Assembly: GCA_964291215.2 (NCBI GenBank)
Contig: OZ219790.1
Span: 2,016,001-2,080,000 of the forward strand
DNA from: Alphaproteobacteria bacterium
Lineage (GTDB): Bacteria; Pseudomonadota; Alphaproteobacteria; MPNO01; UBA830
Direction of reading: 5' to 3'
Length of the DNA: 64,000 nucleotides
Under the pieces are notes generated by a model that saw nothing but the letters and a program-made list of their open reading frames with translations, did not search any database and had not been told where the DNA came from. A program made the translations under genes and the position numbers. Below, piece after piece: positions 33,322 through 46,413 of the stretch (position 1 is the first letter of the stretch; every line of letters starts with the position of its first letter).

Positions 33322-34829
33322 GTATCTACTCACCCCTAGTTGGGTTCTGATTGGTCGTAGTGCTCGTTGATGATGTCTGCGGCTTTTCCGTCGAGGGCGA
33401 TCTGGGTGGCGACGAGTGGGTTGTAGCCGAGTGCGGCCATGGAGGTGAGGTAGCTTGAGCCCCGGCACCATGCTTTTGCGTGGAGCGGAAGCATCCGGAC
33501 ACCTTGACCTTTGCCATCCTGATCTTCTGTTCTCCGGCATTGTTGGTGAAGCTGACGTCGGGGTTGTCTATGAAGCGCAGGTTTTCGTGTTTCACGAGAC
33601 GTTCGTGCAGGTTGTGCGCGTCGGACTTGCGTCCACGTTTTCCTTTCGGCGGGATGTCGGGCAGTTCCCTGGCGCCCTGATGGTGCGGTAGCGCTCGCGC
33701 CCGGCGTCGTTCAGGGTTTTGGATGCGCTCTTGTTGACCTTGTGGCAGGGAGCAGGCTCTTCATCAGTCGCGCGGTAGCCTCGACGACAAAGATCAGTTC
33801 GCGCAGCAGGTGGCTGCCGCACAACTGGTGGCTACACTGGCCCATGTACGAGGCCCAGGACGCCCTTGTAGCACGGGCCGATCTCTTGCCTCCCGGCCGC
33901 GCTTGCGGTGCGGGAACTTGCACGTCAGCGTCCCACGACATGAAGCCACTTACTGTTGATCCGAAATCGTCGACATCGGGCGTTGCAGGAGGTGCGCCAC
34001 GGCGGCCTCCTCCCATGACGCATCGTGAAAGCATAGCTGAGGCAGGTTGCCTCGGAGAGCTTGATGCCGGAGATCGCCTGCACGAACGCGACGGCGCAGG
34101 GACAGCATTTGGGCGACCAGCAGGTTGATAACGAGGGCCTGGATGCCGATGCCGTACTGCACGGGATGTTGTCGGGGAACCGGCCCCGGGCCTTGCACTT
34201 CGGGCATTCCTTGATCTCGGCGCGGCGCTCGACGACCTCGAACACGATGTCGTGCGGCGCTCCCGATCGACGGGGCCGTCGATGTCGGCGCCGCAGGCGT
34301 CGCAGGCCGCGACCGTCTCCTCGACGATGATCTTGCGCAGGTTGTCGCCCATCTGCCGGTTCGGCTTCGGGCCCTTGCCGTTGCTCCCGGCACGCTCTTG
34401 TCCGTCTGTGACGGCGGCAGACCGGAGTTCCGGCTCGTGCGTGGTCTTCTCCAGAAGGACGACGATGAAGATGTCGAGCAGGATGACGAGGACGCGGATG
34501 ACGGCCTCTTCCGCCACCTTGCCGGCAGCGCCGCGGTCTTGGCCGCTTCGAACTCCTCGCGCGCCGCCCGTCGCCATCACCCGGCCTTGCGCTTCATCAG
34601 CGCGCCGCTTCCGAGATGCGTTTCCACATACAGATCATGCGGGGGCTGGAGCCCCGGAAGCAGCTGGCACAGCCCGCTCGTCGCCTTCGATCCAAAGTAG
34701 CCCACTGGCGGTCCCCGTCGTTCTCGATTACCACCACTAAACGAATCGGCCTGCAGTGTCAAATCTCCACGAAAACCCGTTCGTTGCTCTACCCCGACAT
34801 CAAGCCGGAACCAGGGGGTGAGCAGTTAC
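33322..34829 (-). mobile_element. IS66 deletion derivative
   Basis: TIRs present; perfect 8-bp TSD CAACCGAC. Confidence 0.88.
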
Positions 34830-35020
34830 CAACCGACAGCAGCCAAAGCCAGAAAACCCGGCAGGGTTGGGCCTGTGAAACCTCCGGGCAGCAGAAGACA
34901 AGAAAATTGAATGCAGCGTGGGAAAGGCTTGGCTGGCACGCAAGCGCCGGTTGTTGCAAGCAGACCTTAATGACAAGATGGCCCGGACGGTCGGAAAAAG
35001 GAAACGATGGGCTGCATTTC

Positions 35021-36157
35021 ATGGAGCAGAGGCCGGTCCGCGACAACCCGCTCTACAACCAGAACCGGATGAAGATCGGTATCATCGCCATGAACTGCAG
35101 CCACGGGTCGACGATCACCACCGCCGACAATTCGTGGGAGATGACTTGGCCGGACACCCGCGAGGTCTCGGTGATGGCGGATCGCGCGGGTTTCGAGATC
35201 CTTCTGCCGGTTGCCCGGTGGCGCGGCTATGGCGGCGAGACGAACTTCAACAACCGCACCTTCGAGACCTACAACTGGGCCGCAGGCGTGGCTGCTGTCA
35301 CCGACTATTCCTGCATCTTCTCGACCTCGCACGTCCCGCTCACGCACCCGGTCGCCGCAGCCAAGCAGTGCGCGACGATCGACCATATCTCCGGCGGGCG
35401 CTTTGCGCTCAACGTCGTCTGTGGATGGTTTAAGAACGAATTCGAGATGTTTAACGCCGAATGGCGCGAGCACGATGTCCGTTACGAATACGCGACCGAA
35501 TGGCTCGACCTGGTACGGCGGATATGGACCGAGGAGAACGAGTTCGATTTCGAGGGCCGCTGGTTTACCTCGCGGAATATCTGGAGCCAGCCCAAGCCGA
35601 TCCAGAAACCCATGCCCCCCGTGATGAATGCCGGCGGCTCGCAGGCCGGCCAGAAATTCGCCGCCACGCAGGCGGACATGAACTTCGTCATTCTCAAGCA
35701 GCGGGACATCGAAGGTGGCCGGACGCAGATCCGCAAGCTGAAGGACATGGCGCGCGAGGCCGGCCGCGAGGTCCAGAGCTGGATTCACGTCTATGTCGTC
35801 TGCCGTGAGACCGAGAAGGAAGCCCGCGACTACCTCAATCATTATGTCGTGGAGCGTGGCGACTATGTCGCCGTGAACAACCTGCTCAAGATCTTCGGCA
35901 TGCAGTCGGAGACCCTGCCACCGGATGTCCTCGATGAATTCCGCTTCCACTTCATTGCCGGGCATGGCGGCTACCCGCTGGTCGGCACGGCGGAACAGAT
36001 CGTCGACGAGATCGACACGCTGGTCAGGATCGGCGTCGATGGGATCCTGATTTCCTGGGTCGACTACAAAACCGAATGCCGCCAGTGGATCGACGAGGTC
36101 ATGCCGCTGATGGAACAAGCCGGCCAGCGTCGGCCATTCGAAGCGACGGGCGGCTGA
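35021..36157 (+). CDS. LLM-class flavin-dependent monooxygenase
   Basis: ADRAGFEILLPVARWRGYGG, HPVAAAKQCATIDHISGGRFALNVVCGW, MNAGGS, PLVGTAEQIVD. Confidence 0.9.
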   Translation: MEQRPVRDNPLYNQNRMKIGIIAMNCSHGSTITTADNSWEMTWPDTREVSVMADRAGFEILLPVARWRGYGGETNFNNRTFETYNWAAGVAAVTDYSCIFSTSHVPLTHPVAAAKQCATIDHISGGRFALNVVCGWFKNEFEMFNAEWREHDVRYEYATEWLDLVRRIWTEENEFDFEGRWFTSRNIWSQPKPIQKPMPPVMNAGGSQAGQKFAATQADMNFVILKQRDIEGGRTQIRKLKDMAREAGREVQSWIHVYVVCRETEKEARDYLNHYVVERGDYVAVNNLLKIFGMQSETLPPDVLDEFRFHFIAGHGGYPLVGTAEQIVDEIDTLVRIGVDGILISWVDYKTECRQWIDEVMPLMEQAGQRRPFEATGG

Positions 36158-36329
36158 CGTCCGGAGACACCCGCCTCCACGGCCTGCGCGGTCCGGGCCG
36201 CGGACCGGAAGGTGTCGTCGCAACGGCGCCCCCGCCGGCGGGGCAGATCCGATGCGCCCTTCCACGGCACCTAATCGCCGCGCATTAGGCCAGACTGCGG
36301 AGGAAGACGAGATGACCCATTTCCCGAGC

Positions 36330-37240
36330 TAGTCACCTGAATCTAAAGTTCGTGGCATAAGTTTTGTTCGACGCGGAGACAGAAGCGCTTGACGGCGGCG
36401 AGGATTTCGTCGGCTGATTTGGTCCACTTGAAGGGTTTGGGATTTTCGTTGTGGGTTGAAGGCCCGGATGTCGGTTTCGAGTTGCAGGGTCGAGCGGCCA
36501 CGTTGCAACTGCTTGCGGGTCAGTTCGGCGAACCAGCGCTCGACCTGCACGAGGCGGATGTCGGCGTGAAGTGGACGTGCCAGTGCGGCCGCCGCGCCAG
36601 CCAGACCGCGGCGGTCTTGTGGGTGGCGTAGTTGTCCATGACGATGTCGAGGCCGTCCGGGACATTGCGGTCGATCACCTTGAGGAAGTCGAGGAACTCT
36701 TTGGCCCGGTGGCGTCTGTTGCCGATGACCGCGCCGGTGGCGATGTCGAGCGCCGCGAACAGCGAGGTCGTTCCGTTGCGCTTGTAGTCATGGGTGCGCC
36801 GCTCAGGGATGCCGGGCAGCAGGACCGGCTGGGTGCGGGCCTGGCTCTTTTCGTCGACGCAGAGCACCAGCGCGCGATCCGGCGGCGAGAGGTAGAGGCC
36901 GACGATGTCGCGGACCTTGTCGACGAAGTGCGGATCACGGGAGAGCTTGAACGTCTCGGCCCGGTGCAGGCCGAAGGCGCCCCAGATGCGCCAAATCGAC
37001 GTCAGCCCCGCCTCCTTCGCCATCGAGCGCAGCGACCAGTGGGTCGCGGGCGTCGAGGTGAGCGTGCGCTCGATCACTTCCGCCACCTTCTCGTCCGCGA
37101 TGCTCCGCGGGCGTCCCGGCTCAGCCCCTCGATGCGGTCCTTGACAAAGCGCCTGCGCCACTTGCCGACGGTGTGCACGCCGATCTCTGCGGCCACCGCC
37201 TTGTTGCCAAGTCCGTCCGCGCAACGCAGGATGGGCCGAG
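36330..37240 (-). mobile_element. IS630 family element, 5' end cut by IS256
   Basis: [57 protein letters not shown]; TA terminus. Confidence 0.88.
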
Positions 37241-37310
37241 GTACTGTAACTTGATGTCTGGAAATTTGTCTGAGGTTTGCGCTTTGAGGCGTTTCACTGG
37301 GGGGCTAGCC

Positions 37311-40300
37311 CTGCCGTGTCATGACAAATCTGGTTGACAATGGTTTACGTGTTCACGCGTGTCTTTGTCCATCCCGGAACCCGATTTTGTGACCCGGTGC
37401 GGCGCTGGTGTGTCTGGCCACATGATCTGGTGACCCGGGCGTGCTGCGGTAGCCGCCGAGATGGGCGACCAGGTGCACCGCATCGGCGAGACGCTCCGGT
37501 TCCTTCAGGGCGTACTTGTGTGCGTAGTCGCGCGAGCTCGCTGTCGGTGAACATCAGCTGCGGCTCGCACCTGGCGGCAGGGTCATGATGCGCGATGACG
37601 GCGTTGATCGCCCGCTGCAGCCGGTGCGGAACAGAAGGTGTTCCACCCTGCATCCGGATTTGAGCACGTAATCCTCGATTCGCCAGCGCTGAAGGTAGAA
37701 GCCGACGATGTCGGCCGCCTCCTTCGCCAACCCGCACGGTGGTCAGCAGGCACCGGGATCCTCACCCTCGGGCGCTCCCTGACCCCGTGCAGGGACACCG
37801 GCTTCGCGCTGGGGGCGGTGCCCGTCACGGGTGACGGACCGCAACTCGCCAGGCGCTTCTGTCGCGCGGGCCTTCTTCCGGCTGGCTTGCTCCGTCAGTC
37901 CCTCGATCTCAATCAGGCCGCCGGCCATGACGGCGAACAGCCTTCCCTCCTTCAGCACCCTGTCATGCTTGGCGCGCAGATCGACGCGGGGCAAGCGCGT
38001 GTCGAACAGCTCGAAGATGTCGGCTTCCCGACGGAGATGACGCGCGTCTTGCCGCCGGGGTGGCAGCGCCTTGAACCCCTCGAGCTGCGGCGTGTCTCCT
38101 GCGACCGGGGCTTCACCGGACCCAGCACCCCGAGTGGCAGGTCAGTCACCGCCAGGGTCGCGTGCAGGCCCCGGTCTGGTTCTCACCTGCAGGCCGTCGC
38201 AGCCGGGACGCCGGGAGAAGTTCAGGTCCGTGCCGCAAGAACCGTCTTCTGGCCACGGATGCGCCGGATGCTGCCGGTGCGGCGCAAGAATGTTCGCCGG
38301 CGTGATCTCCGATTCGACGGGCGACCATCCGGTAAAACGCATTGATCGCGGTGTTGTCGGCGCTGGGAGACGCATTGATCTTCTGACCGGCCGCCAGAAG
38401 GCCGGCGCTCCAGGCGCGCAGAAAGTCGCTTGTCACCCCCCTCCAAACTCGTTCTGCGCCCAGTCGTTCAGACCTTCGCCCGGCGAGGGCGCATGATCGA
38501 CCTCCCCAGCTTCCTGCGCGCTCCAGTTCGGCCACGAAGACCGTCTTCACCGTCTCCCAGTGCTCCCGATCCTGCCGGCCTTCGGTCCTGCACAGGAAGT
38601 TGGCCGCGCGCAGGCAGGGTAACCTTCATCGGCAAAACTGAGCCATGGTCGAAACGGTCCTCGAAGTCACGCGGCGCAGGATGCGCACATCGCTGGGCGG
38701 GCAAAGCACCTGATCAAGAAACGGCTCAGACAGACGATCCGCTGCAGGTGGCCCCGGCGCTGCCCGTCGTTCCATCCAGCGGTCCCGCGCCGCGCTGCCG
38801 CGGCAAATCCCGCCGTGCCACCCGTGCGCCGAGCCCACGAGATATTGGCAGCCGGCGAAGGTCGTCGCGGGTGTTTACGCGCAATCAGCGTGACCGCCCG
38901 GTCAATACGATCCCCGACTACGATGATCTCGAGATCCCGAATGCGCGCGCCGGAACCTCTGCAGCGATACCAACAGGCGAGGCCGGCGGTTGATTGTCGG
39001 TGACTTCGGCGCCGGCAGGACGATCTCCGGGCGCCCAGCGCCCTCAGGCAGCCGGCAAGCTGCAGACGGCCGCGCGCGTCGACAAAGGCAAACTCCTCGC
39101 AGACGACCCAGAGCCGACCGGCTGTCGAACTGCTCACAGGACAGCAGCGACGCAATCCGCGCAACTGCTGCCTCGTCCCGCAATGTGCGGCTGATCTGTG
39201 ACATGGGACACTTATGCCACCCCCACTTCCAGTCTGAAGTGCAACACCCGGCCCTCATCGCAGTGAGGGCGTAGCCCGAACGGAGATGAGGGCCGGGTTG
39301 CGCAAATTTTTCCCCTCTGCCCCTCTCGATTCCGCCTGGGAACAGCTTCAGTTCCTTCAACATCGAGCTTATGCAACGCCTTTGTCGGCTTCAAGCCACT
39401 ATTTCGCCGTCGCGCGGCATGGACCCTGCTGCACGTTGCGGCTTTGGAACATGGCGCAGATAGTCAGGGCGGTTTCACTTCAAGATTACCTCCGTCGGCG
39501 ATCCCAGGACTTTCCGAGTGTTGAGCCGATCCTGTACCTTCTGAACATCTTCGTTGCATGTCGCGCGAAAGTCCGTGCCCTTCGGGAAGTACTCCCGCAC
39601 CAGGCCGTTGGTGTGCTCATTCAAGCCGCGCTCCCGGGAATGGAAAGGCGAAAAAAAATCTGCGTCAAGTGCGACACGCCTGTGGTCTGCGAACTCCTTG
39701 CCGTTGTGATTGTGTGGACCAATAGCGCACCAGAGCCGAGCAGGCGGATCATGACCGAACCGACCGTGTCTGCAGTCTTTCTGTCCACCCGTCCCAGCAA
39801 GGTGTATTTCGTGGCACGAGCGACACGACAGCTCCACTGTGAGCTTTGCCGATGATGGCTCCCAGTCGCCGATCCGTTCCTTTGCCTCCGCAGGGCGCTC
39901 GGAAATGTCCACTCGGCCAGGACCCGGCCGGAATGGCATCCGCCCTTCCAGTTCGGCTTCTTGCCGCGCCGCCGAAGCTTCTTCCACAGGACGCCCCCGG
40001 CTCTCCGATCTTCGGCGATCATAGATCCGTTGCCGACCCACGGCCCTCCAGTCGAAAACGGCCGCTGATCTGCTCGGGGCCCTCCCGCAGCTTTTTCTGA
40101 GCCTCAACCCGAGGCGTCAACCGCCAGGAAACAGACGAGGCGGCCCTGCGTTTCTGCCATCCTTTGCGCCTGTTTGTGACGGTAACCCCGTCCCCCGGTG
40201 TTGCGCTTGATCTCCCGGAAAATTGTTGATCGGCCCAGCTGCCGAGCAATCGCACCTTGTGAAAGACCGCTTTTCTGCCTCAATCTGGCATCGCTCTTCG

Positions 40301-40492
40301 TAGGTGACGGTAGCCTTTGGACATGAACAAGCTCCCTCCATCTTGTACAGGAACTCTCGCCGCTGCTGGACAGCTCCGCAACATCATGCGTCTAAAAACA
40401 CATGGCCACAGCCCATCATGTGTTGCACTTCACTATGGAACGGGGGCACGCTGAAACACCGTTGTCCAGCTAAAATTTCCGTGACATGCGAG
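37311..40492 (-). mobile_element. IS4/DUF4338 element copy
   Basis: Reverse complement of 26747-28731; TSD GGCTAGCC. Confidence 0.8.
39221..40446 (-). mobile_element. IS30 element
   Basis: Both TIRs present; 3-bp TSD CAC. Confidence 0.88.
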
Positions 40493-41690
40493 GGCTAGCC
40501 CCCCCCCCAGTGAAACGCGGCGCCATCGTGCTATCCCATGGAGTTGCAAAACCTTCATGGAGGAAGCGAATGGACCTGCGACACACTACGACGATCGGGA
40601 CTGTTTTGGAACATCTGATCGCAAACGGAGCAACGGATCTGGGGCGGATCTTTGGTCAGCTCTTCGAGCTTGCGATGCAAATCGAGCGCGAGCAGCACTT
40701 GAAAGCGGGCCACCGGACGCCGGAGCGACAGGGCTATGCCAACGGCTACAAGCGGATCGACACCCCCACTGTTACCGTTCAGGTGCCAAAGACGGCCGGT
40801 CACGGGGACGACCCCCCAGTCGCTTGAACGCGGCCAGCGATCTTCTCGCGCCGTCATGCTGGCCGTAGCCGAGATGTACATCAAGGGTGTTTCCACGCGG
40901 CAAGCCGAAGATGTAATGCGCGAGTTCGGGAGCCTGTCCTCTTCTCAGGTCAGCCGGGCCACCAGGTTGCTCGATGAAGAACTCACCGCGCAACCGGCCC
41001 CTGATGAAATACTTGTCCTGGATGCGCGCTATGAAAAAGCCCGCCATGACGGCGTTGTGCGCGATGTCGCAGTACTCTCGGCCATCGGAATAGGGGCTGC
41101 AGGCACGTTCTGGGGCTCTCTGTGGCGCTCTCCGAGGCCGAGGTCCATTGGAGAGCCTTCCTGGAAAGCTTGCTAGCCCTGCATGGTACGACCTTCATCG
41201 TCTCGGATGACCATGCCGGGTTGAAAGCAGCACAACGCGCGGTGCTAGGCGCGGCGACATGGCAGCGCTGCCAATTCCACCTGGCGCAAAACGCCGTGCA
41301 CCGAACAACGACATCAGGAAACGTATTGGAAAACAGCTCGGAGCCATGCGTCCTCACTCCAAGCCGCCGAGGCTGAACTGGGCACCCTCGTGGCCAGCGA
41401 CAAGCATCCAGGCTTCCTGGCTGGAAAAGAATGCGGGGCTCGCTGTCTTCACCTTGCCCGATGCTCACCGCAAGCGCATGCGAACCTCGAACGGCATCGA
41501 GCGACCGATCCAGCAAAAACTCAAGCGGCGCACCTCCAAAGTCAGGGTCTTTCCGAACCTCGCCTCGTTGGAGCGCCTCTCAACCGCAGTCCTCATCGAC
41601 GAAAAATGGGAAACCGAAACCAAGATCAAATGGGAACAGCTCGATGACTGAGAGCTTCACGACAATTTCCAGACATCAGGTTGCGTAATC

Positions 41691-42871
41691 CGCGGTCAGC
41701 GGGTGGCGTTGTGCCTTCAGGACGGGACGGACCTGAATTTCGCGACCCGTCTGCGATGGGCTCGGCATCATCGGCACGAACCAGACGACCGCGGAAACCC
41801 CGGGCCTTCACCTGCACGCCAGCTATGTCGTCAGCGGCGACGGCCTGCCGCTGGGGGTGGCGCGTCTCGCCTTCGACGCTCCTCCCCGCCCCCGGACGAA
41901 GACCGGGTCGTCCGAGGATGCCGAGAGATCCCGGCGCATGTCGCAGTGCTGGCTCGACGGTCTCGACGACATTGCGGACCTCGCGGCCCGGACGACCGGG
42001 GTGAAGTTCGTGTGCGTGATGGACCGGGAAGCGGACTTCTTCGAACTCTTTGACCGGCAGCATCGCCATCTGTCGATTCTGGTGCGGGCCCGACACGACC
42101 GAGTCCTGACCCGCGGGGGCCCGAAGCTGTTTGCCCGTCTGCGCGCGTCTGCCTGCCGCGGCACCATGCAGATCGACATTCCCCGCCTGACGGCCCGGCC
42201 GAAGTCCTCGGGGCGCACGAAGCGGCTCGGCCGCACCCCCCCCGGCGGAACGCGGTGCTCGCATTGCGCTGGCTGTCGACCACGCTGCCGGCGCCTGCCA
42301 ACTGCTCCGATGCCGCACCCGTGGCCGTGACTGCGCTGCATCTCCTCGAGACGGACCCGCCGACCGGGGAGTTACCGGTGGAATGCTTCCTGCTGACCGA
42401 CCTTCCGGTGGACCACGCGGCGCGGGAGGTCGTCGGCCGGTATGCGCTGCGCTGGCGGATGCTGGTTCCGGGTGCTGAAGTCCGATTGCCGGGCGGAACA
42501 CCTGGCGACGCACAAGGCCTGCCGGCTGGAACGGCAGATCACCATCCACGCCGTGATCGCCTGGCGTCTTTTCGGGCAGGACGTTCCGACGATCGAGCCC
42601 GACTGCCTGTTCTCGGACTTGGAACTCCGCTTCCTCTCCAACTATGCCCGCCGATACCGGCCGGACCCACACTCGGGGCGGCGATGACACTGGTGGCGAT
42701 CCTCGGCGGATATTTGGACCGCAAGCATGATCCGCTACCGGGCGACCAGACGATGTGGCTATCCGCGACTGGCCACCGCCACGCTGGCCTATGAATGCCT
42801 GCTCGAGGCTCTCGGCCTGGATCCGATGTCGGAAGGACATGATCATGCCCTGCGCGATTTATGACTAAAAG
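41691..42871 (+). mobile_element. Second IS4-family (IS50-like) transposase remnant
   Basis: QDGTDLNF, GLPLGVA, VCVMDREADFFELF, LVRARHDR, WFRVLKSDCRAE, LGGYL.RK.DP.PG. Confidence 0.72.
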
Positions 42872-44416
42872 GTATCTACTCACCCCTAGTTGGGTTCTGA
42901 TTGGTCGTAGTGCTCGTTGATGATGTCTGCGGCTTTTCCGTCGAGGGCGATCTGGGTGGCGACGTGATGATTGTAGCCGAGTGCGGCCATGGAGGTGAGG
43001 TAGCTTGAGCCCCGGCACCATGCTTTTGCGTGGAGCATGGTGCGGAAGCATCCGGACACCTTGACCTTTGCCATCCTGATCTTCTGTTCTCCGGCATTGT
43101 TGGTTAAGCTGACATCGGGGTCGTCTGTGAAGCGCAGGACTGACTTTTCGTGTTTCACGAGACGTTCGTGCAGGTTGTGCGCGTCGGACTTGCGTCCACG
43201 TTTTCCTTTCGTCGGGATGTCGGGCAGTTCCTTGGCGCCCTGATGGTGCGGTAGCGCTTGTGCACGGCCCGGCGTCGTTCAGGGTCTTGGATGCGCTCTT
43301 GTTGATCTTGTGGCAGACCTCGCGGAGCAGGCTCTTCATCAGTCGCGCGGTAGCCTCGACGACAAAGGTCAGTTCGCGCAGCAGGTGGCTACCGCACAGC
43401 TGGTGGCTACACTGGCCCATGTACGAGGCCCAGGACGCCCTTGTAGCACGGGCCGATCTCTTGCCCGCGCTTGCGGTGCGGGAACTTGCACGTCAGGGTC
43501 CCACGACATGGAGCCACTTACTGTTGATCCGAAATCGTCGACATCGGGCGTTGCAGGAGGTGCGCCACGGCGGCCTCCTCCCATGACGCATCGTGAAAGC
43601 ATAGCTGAGGCAGGTTGCCTCGGAGAGCTTGATGCCGGAGATCGCCTGCACGAACGCGACGGCACGGCGCAGGGACAGCATTTGGGCGACCAGTAGGTTG
43701 ATGACGAGGGCCTGAATGCCGATGCCGTACTGCACGGGATGTTGTCGGGGAACCGGCCCTTGGTCCGGGCCTTGCACTTCGGGCATTCCTCGGCGCGGCG
43801 CTCGACGACCTCGAACACGATGTCGTGCGGCGCTCCCGATCGACGGGGCCGTCGATGTCGGCGTCGCAGGCATCGACCGCGACCGTCTCCTCGACGATGA
43901 TCTTGCGCAGGTTGTTGCCCATCTGCCGGTTCGGCTTCGGGCCCTTGCCGTTGCTCCCGGCACGCTCTCGTCCTTGTCCGTCTGTGACGGCGGCAGACCG
44001 GAGTTCCGGCTCGTGCGTGGTCTTCTCCAGAAGGACGACGATGAGGATGTCGAGCAGGATGACGAAGACGCGGATCACGGCCTCTTCCGCCACCTTGCCG
44101 GCAGCGCCGCGGTCTTGGCCGCTTCGAACTCCTCGCGCAGCGACGTTGCGTTGACCGTCGCCATCACCCGGCCTTGCGCTTCATCAACGCGCCGCCTCCG
44201 AGATGCGTTTCCACATACAGATCATGCGGGGGCTGGAGCCCCGGAAGCAGCTGGCACAGCCCGCTCGTCGCCTTCGATCCAAAGTAGCCCACTGGCGGTC
44301 CCCGTCGTTCTCGATTACCACCACTAAACGAATCGGCCTGCAGTGTCAAATCTCCACGAAAACCCGTTCGTTACTCTACCCCGACATCAAGCCGGAACCA
44401 GGGGGTGAGCAGTTAC
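42872..44416 (-). mobile_element. IS66 deletion derivative
   Basis: TIRs present; perfect 8-bp TSD ACTAAAAG. Confidence 0.88.
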
Positions 44417-44434
44417 ACTAAAAGTTAGTGCTAG

Positions 44435-46240
44435 CCCGAAGTTCCAGAGCCGATCAGACGTAAGTGCCTGATAGAAATCACATTCAATAAATTTCAGCGG
44501 TCTGGGTACACCAGGGCTTCACGCCTAGGGTACACTAGGCCGAAGTTCCAGAGCCGATCAGTCCTAAGTACCTGATAGAAATGACATTCGATACATTTCA
44601 GCGGTCTGGGTACACTATGGCTTCACGCCCAGGAGCTTGAAAGCCCTTCTCTGGAACGGCGTGGGCCGTGTGGTGACCGGGAAGGGTTCGGCGCCCGCAA
44701 GGCGGGGCGCCACGGTGTTGCGGGTCGCAAGATCGCCGATGAGGGTGCGGAAGCTGTGCCCCCTCCGGGCGTCCTTTTCGTGGCCGCCTTGGCCCGGGCG
44801 CTCGCCGAGACTTCTGCCGGCGCCACGACGGACGGCCGCCTTCGGCATCCTCGTCGTCGAACAGCATGGGCTTCAGTCGCATGTGCCATTCGATGTAGTA
44901 GGCGAGCATGCACAGGAAGACGCGGACTCGGGGCGGTGGTAGACGGGGCGCACCTTCAGGTCCTTGAGGCTGCGGAAGGCCCGTTCCACGGAGCTCAACC
45001 GCTTGTAGGTCTGCACCGTGCCGGGACCGTCGAGCTCGCTCTGCGGCAGGCGGATCACGTAGAGGAGCCTGGCCTCGGCGGCGATGGCAGCCGCATCGCG
45101 CCCATAGGTGAAGACCCCCTCGTCGTCGATGGACCACGTGAAATGCTTGGCCATCCTGCCGATGACCTTTCGCTCCCCGATCTTCCCGGCGCCCGGCGCT
45201 GGTCTCGCTGCGGCAATCGGTGCGAGCCTCGGTGGCCTCGAGCAGTTCCTGGCGCTTGCGAGCCCGATCCAGCAGGGGGTTGCGGCAGAGGCGCTCGCCG
45301 GGATACGCATCGCTGGTGATCTCCACCAAGTCCCTCTCGTCGAAGAGCGACATCTCGACATCGCCGGCCTCCACTAGGGAACGGATGCCCCTCAAGGCGC
45401 TGGCCCGCAGGCTTCACCTCCTCGCGGGCCTCGGTCAGCATCCCCCACCAGCACCACCTTCGCCAGGGAGAACCGCTCCTGCAGCGTGGTGATCTGCGAG
45501 GACAGCGTCGCCGGGTGTTGCCGGGGAAGACCTGCACCGACACCCGTCCCGGTCGCACAGAAGGCCGACTGCAGCTTGCCCTTCTTGCCATCCCGGGAAT
45601 GACCCCGTTGGGCCAAGGGGCATGCCCTCCCCTCCATCCACACGGAAGTCAGGAGCACCAGGCAGCCCTCTTCGAGGTGCCGCCAGGGGATCTTCTCCTG
45701 ACGTTCCAGGAGCCGTAGAGGGCATTCTCGTCCAACTCCGCATCTCACCCAAGGTGCTGACCGCTGTCGCCAGCCTCCTGGCCAGCTTCGAGGCGGGCTC
45801 AAGGATGCGTGCCACGATCATGGCGAGAACCTGATCGCGCTCGGGAGAAGGCTTCGGGTCGATCCGCCGGTCCAGTTTCTTCAGGGTTCCCAGCACCGCG
45901 GCGACATGGGGAAGAGAGCGGACGAGGCGTCGTCGAGACCTGCGGTTCCTCCCTTGAGCAGAATGCGCAATCCCTCGATGAGAGCGGGCTTGGAAAGGTT
46001 GGCGAGGGTGCGCTTCTTGACCGTTCCGGCTTCGCGGCAGGACTCGCGGAGCAGGATGGCGGGCGGGGACGAGCGGTTGGGGATGGATTCGATATACATG
46101 GCTATAGGCGGCAGATCCATGGACGTCAAGCATCCAACATAATATTACATGGGTACAATATGACGCACGAAAAATCAGATAAACCACGCTGCATCAATGA
46201 CTTGACGTGCATTTCAACCGGAATTTTCTGGAACTTCGGG
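44435..46240 (-). mobile_element. IS1634 family element, degraded, right end duplicated
   Basis: TIR CCCGAAGTTCCAGA flanked by CTAG; MYIESIPNRSSPPAILLRES..KRTLANLS, GHSRDGK, YKRLSSVERAFRSLK. Confidence 0.8.
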
Positions 46241-46413
46241 CTAGCCTGCGCCCAATAGCAATCACGAGACGCCGAGTAGGCGGCGAAGTGGCGCACTTGG
46301 CAGTCGTAGCAAGCGGAGTTCCTCGTGCCGCCACCGGTCTGACGTCTGCGCGCGCCTCGCGCCGGCGCCACGGGCCCTCGATGCGCAAGAAGCCGCGTCC
46401 GCCGAGTTTTCCG

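Larger units (their letters stand above)
30966..34920 (+). mobile_element. ISAs1 3' part with nested IS110 copy B and IS66
   Basis: ALAADGKRIRGA, GKVITLDALHT, VKGN, NH.DCVFGED; right end GAATGCAGCGTG at 34920. Confidence 0.8.
37241..41690 (+). mobile_element. IS256 element containing nested IS4, which contains IS30
   Basis: Left TIR at 37241, body 40500-41690, right TIR ending GCGTAATC. Confidence 0.82.

Noticed and set aside
34616-35020. Apparent 135-aa N-terminal extension or fusion on the LLM monooxygenase
   Set aside because: Chance read-through of IS66 and ISAs1 terminal DNA.
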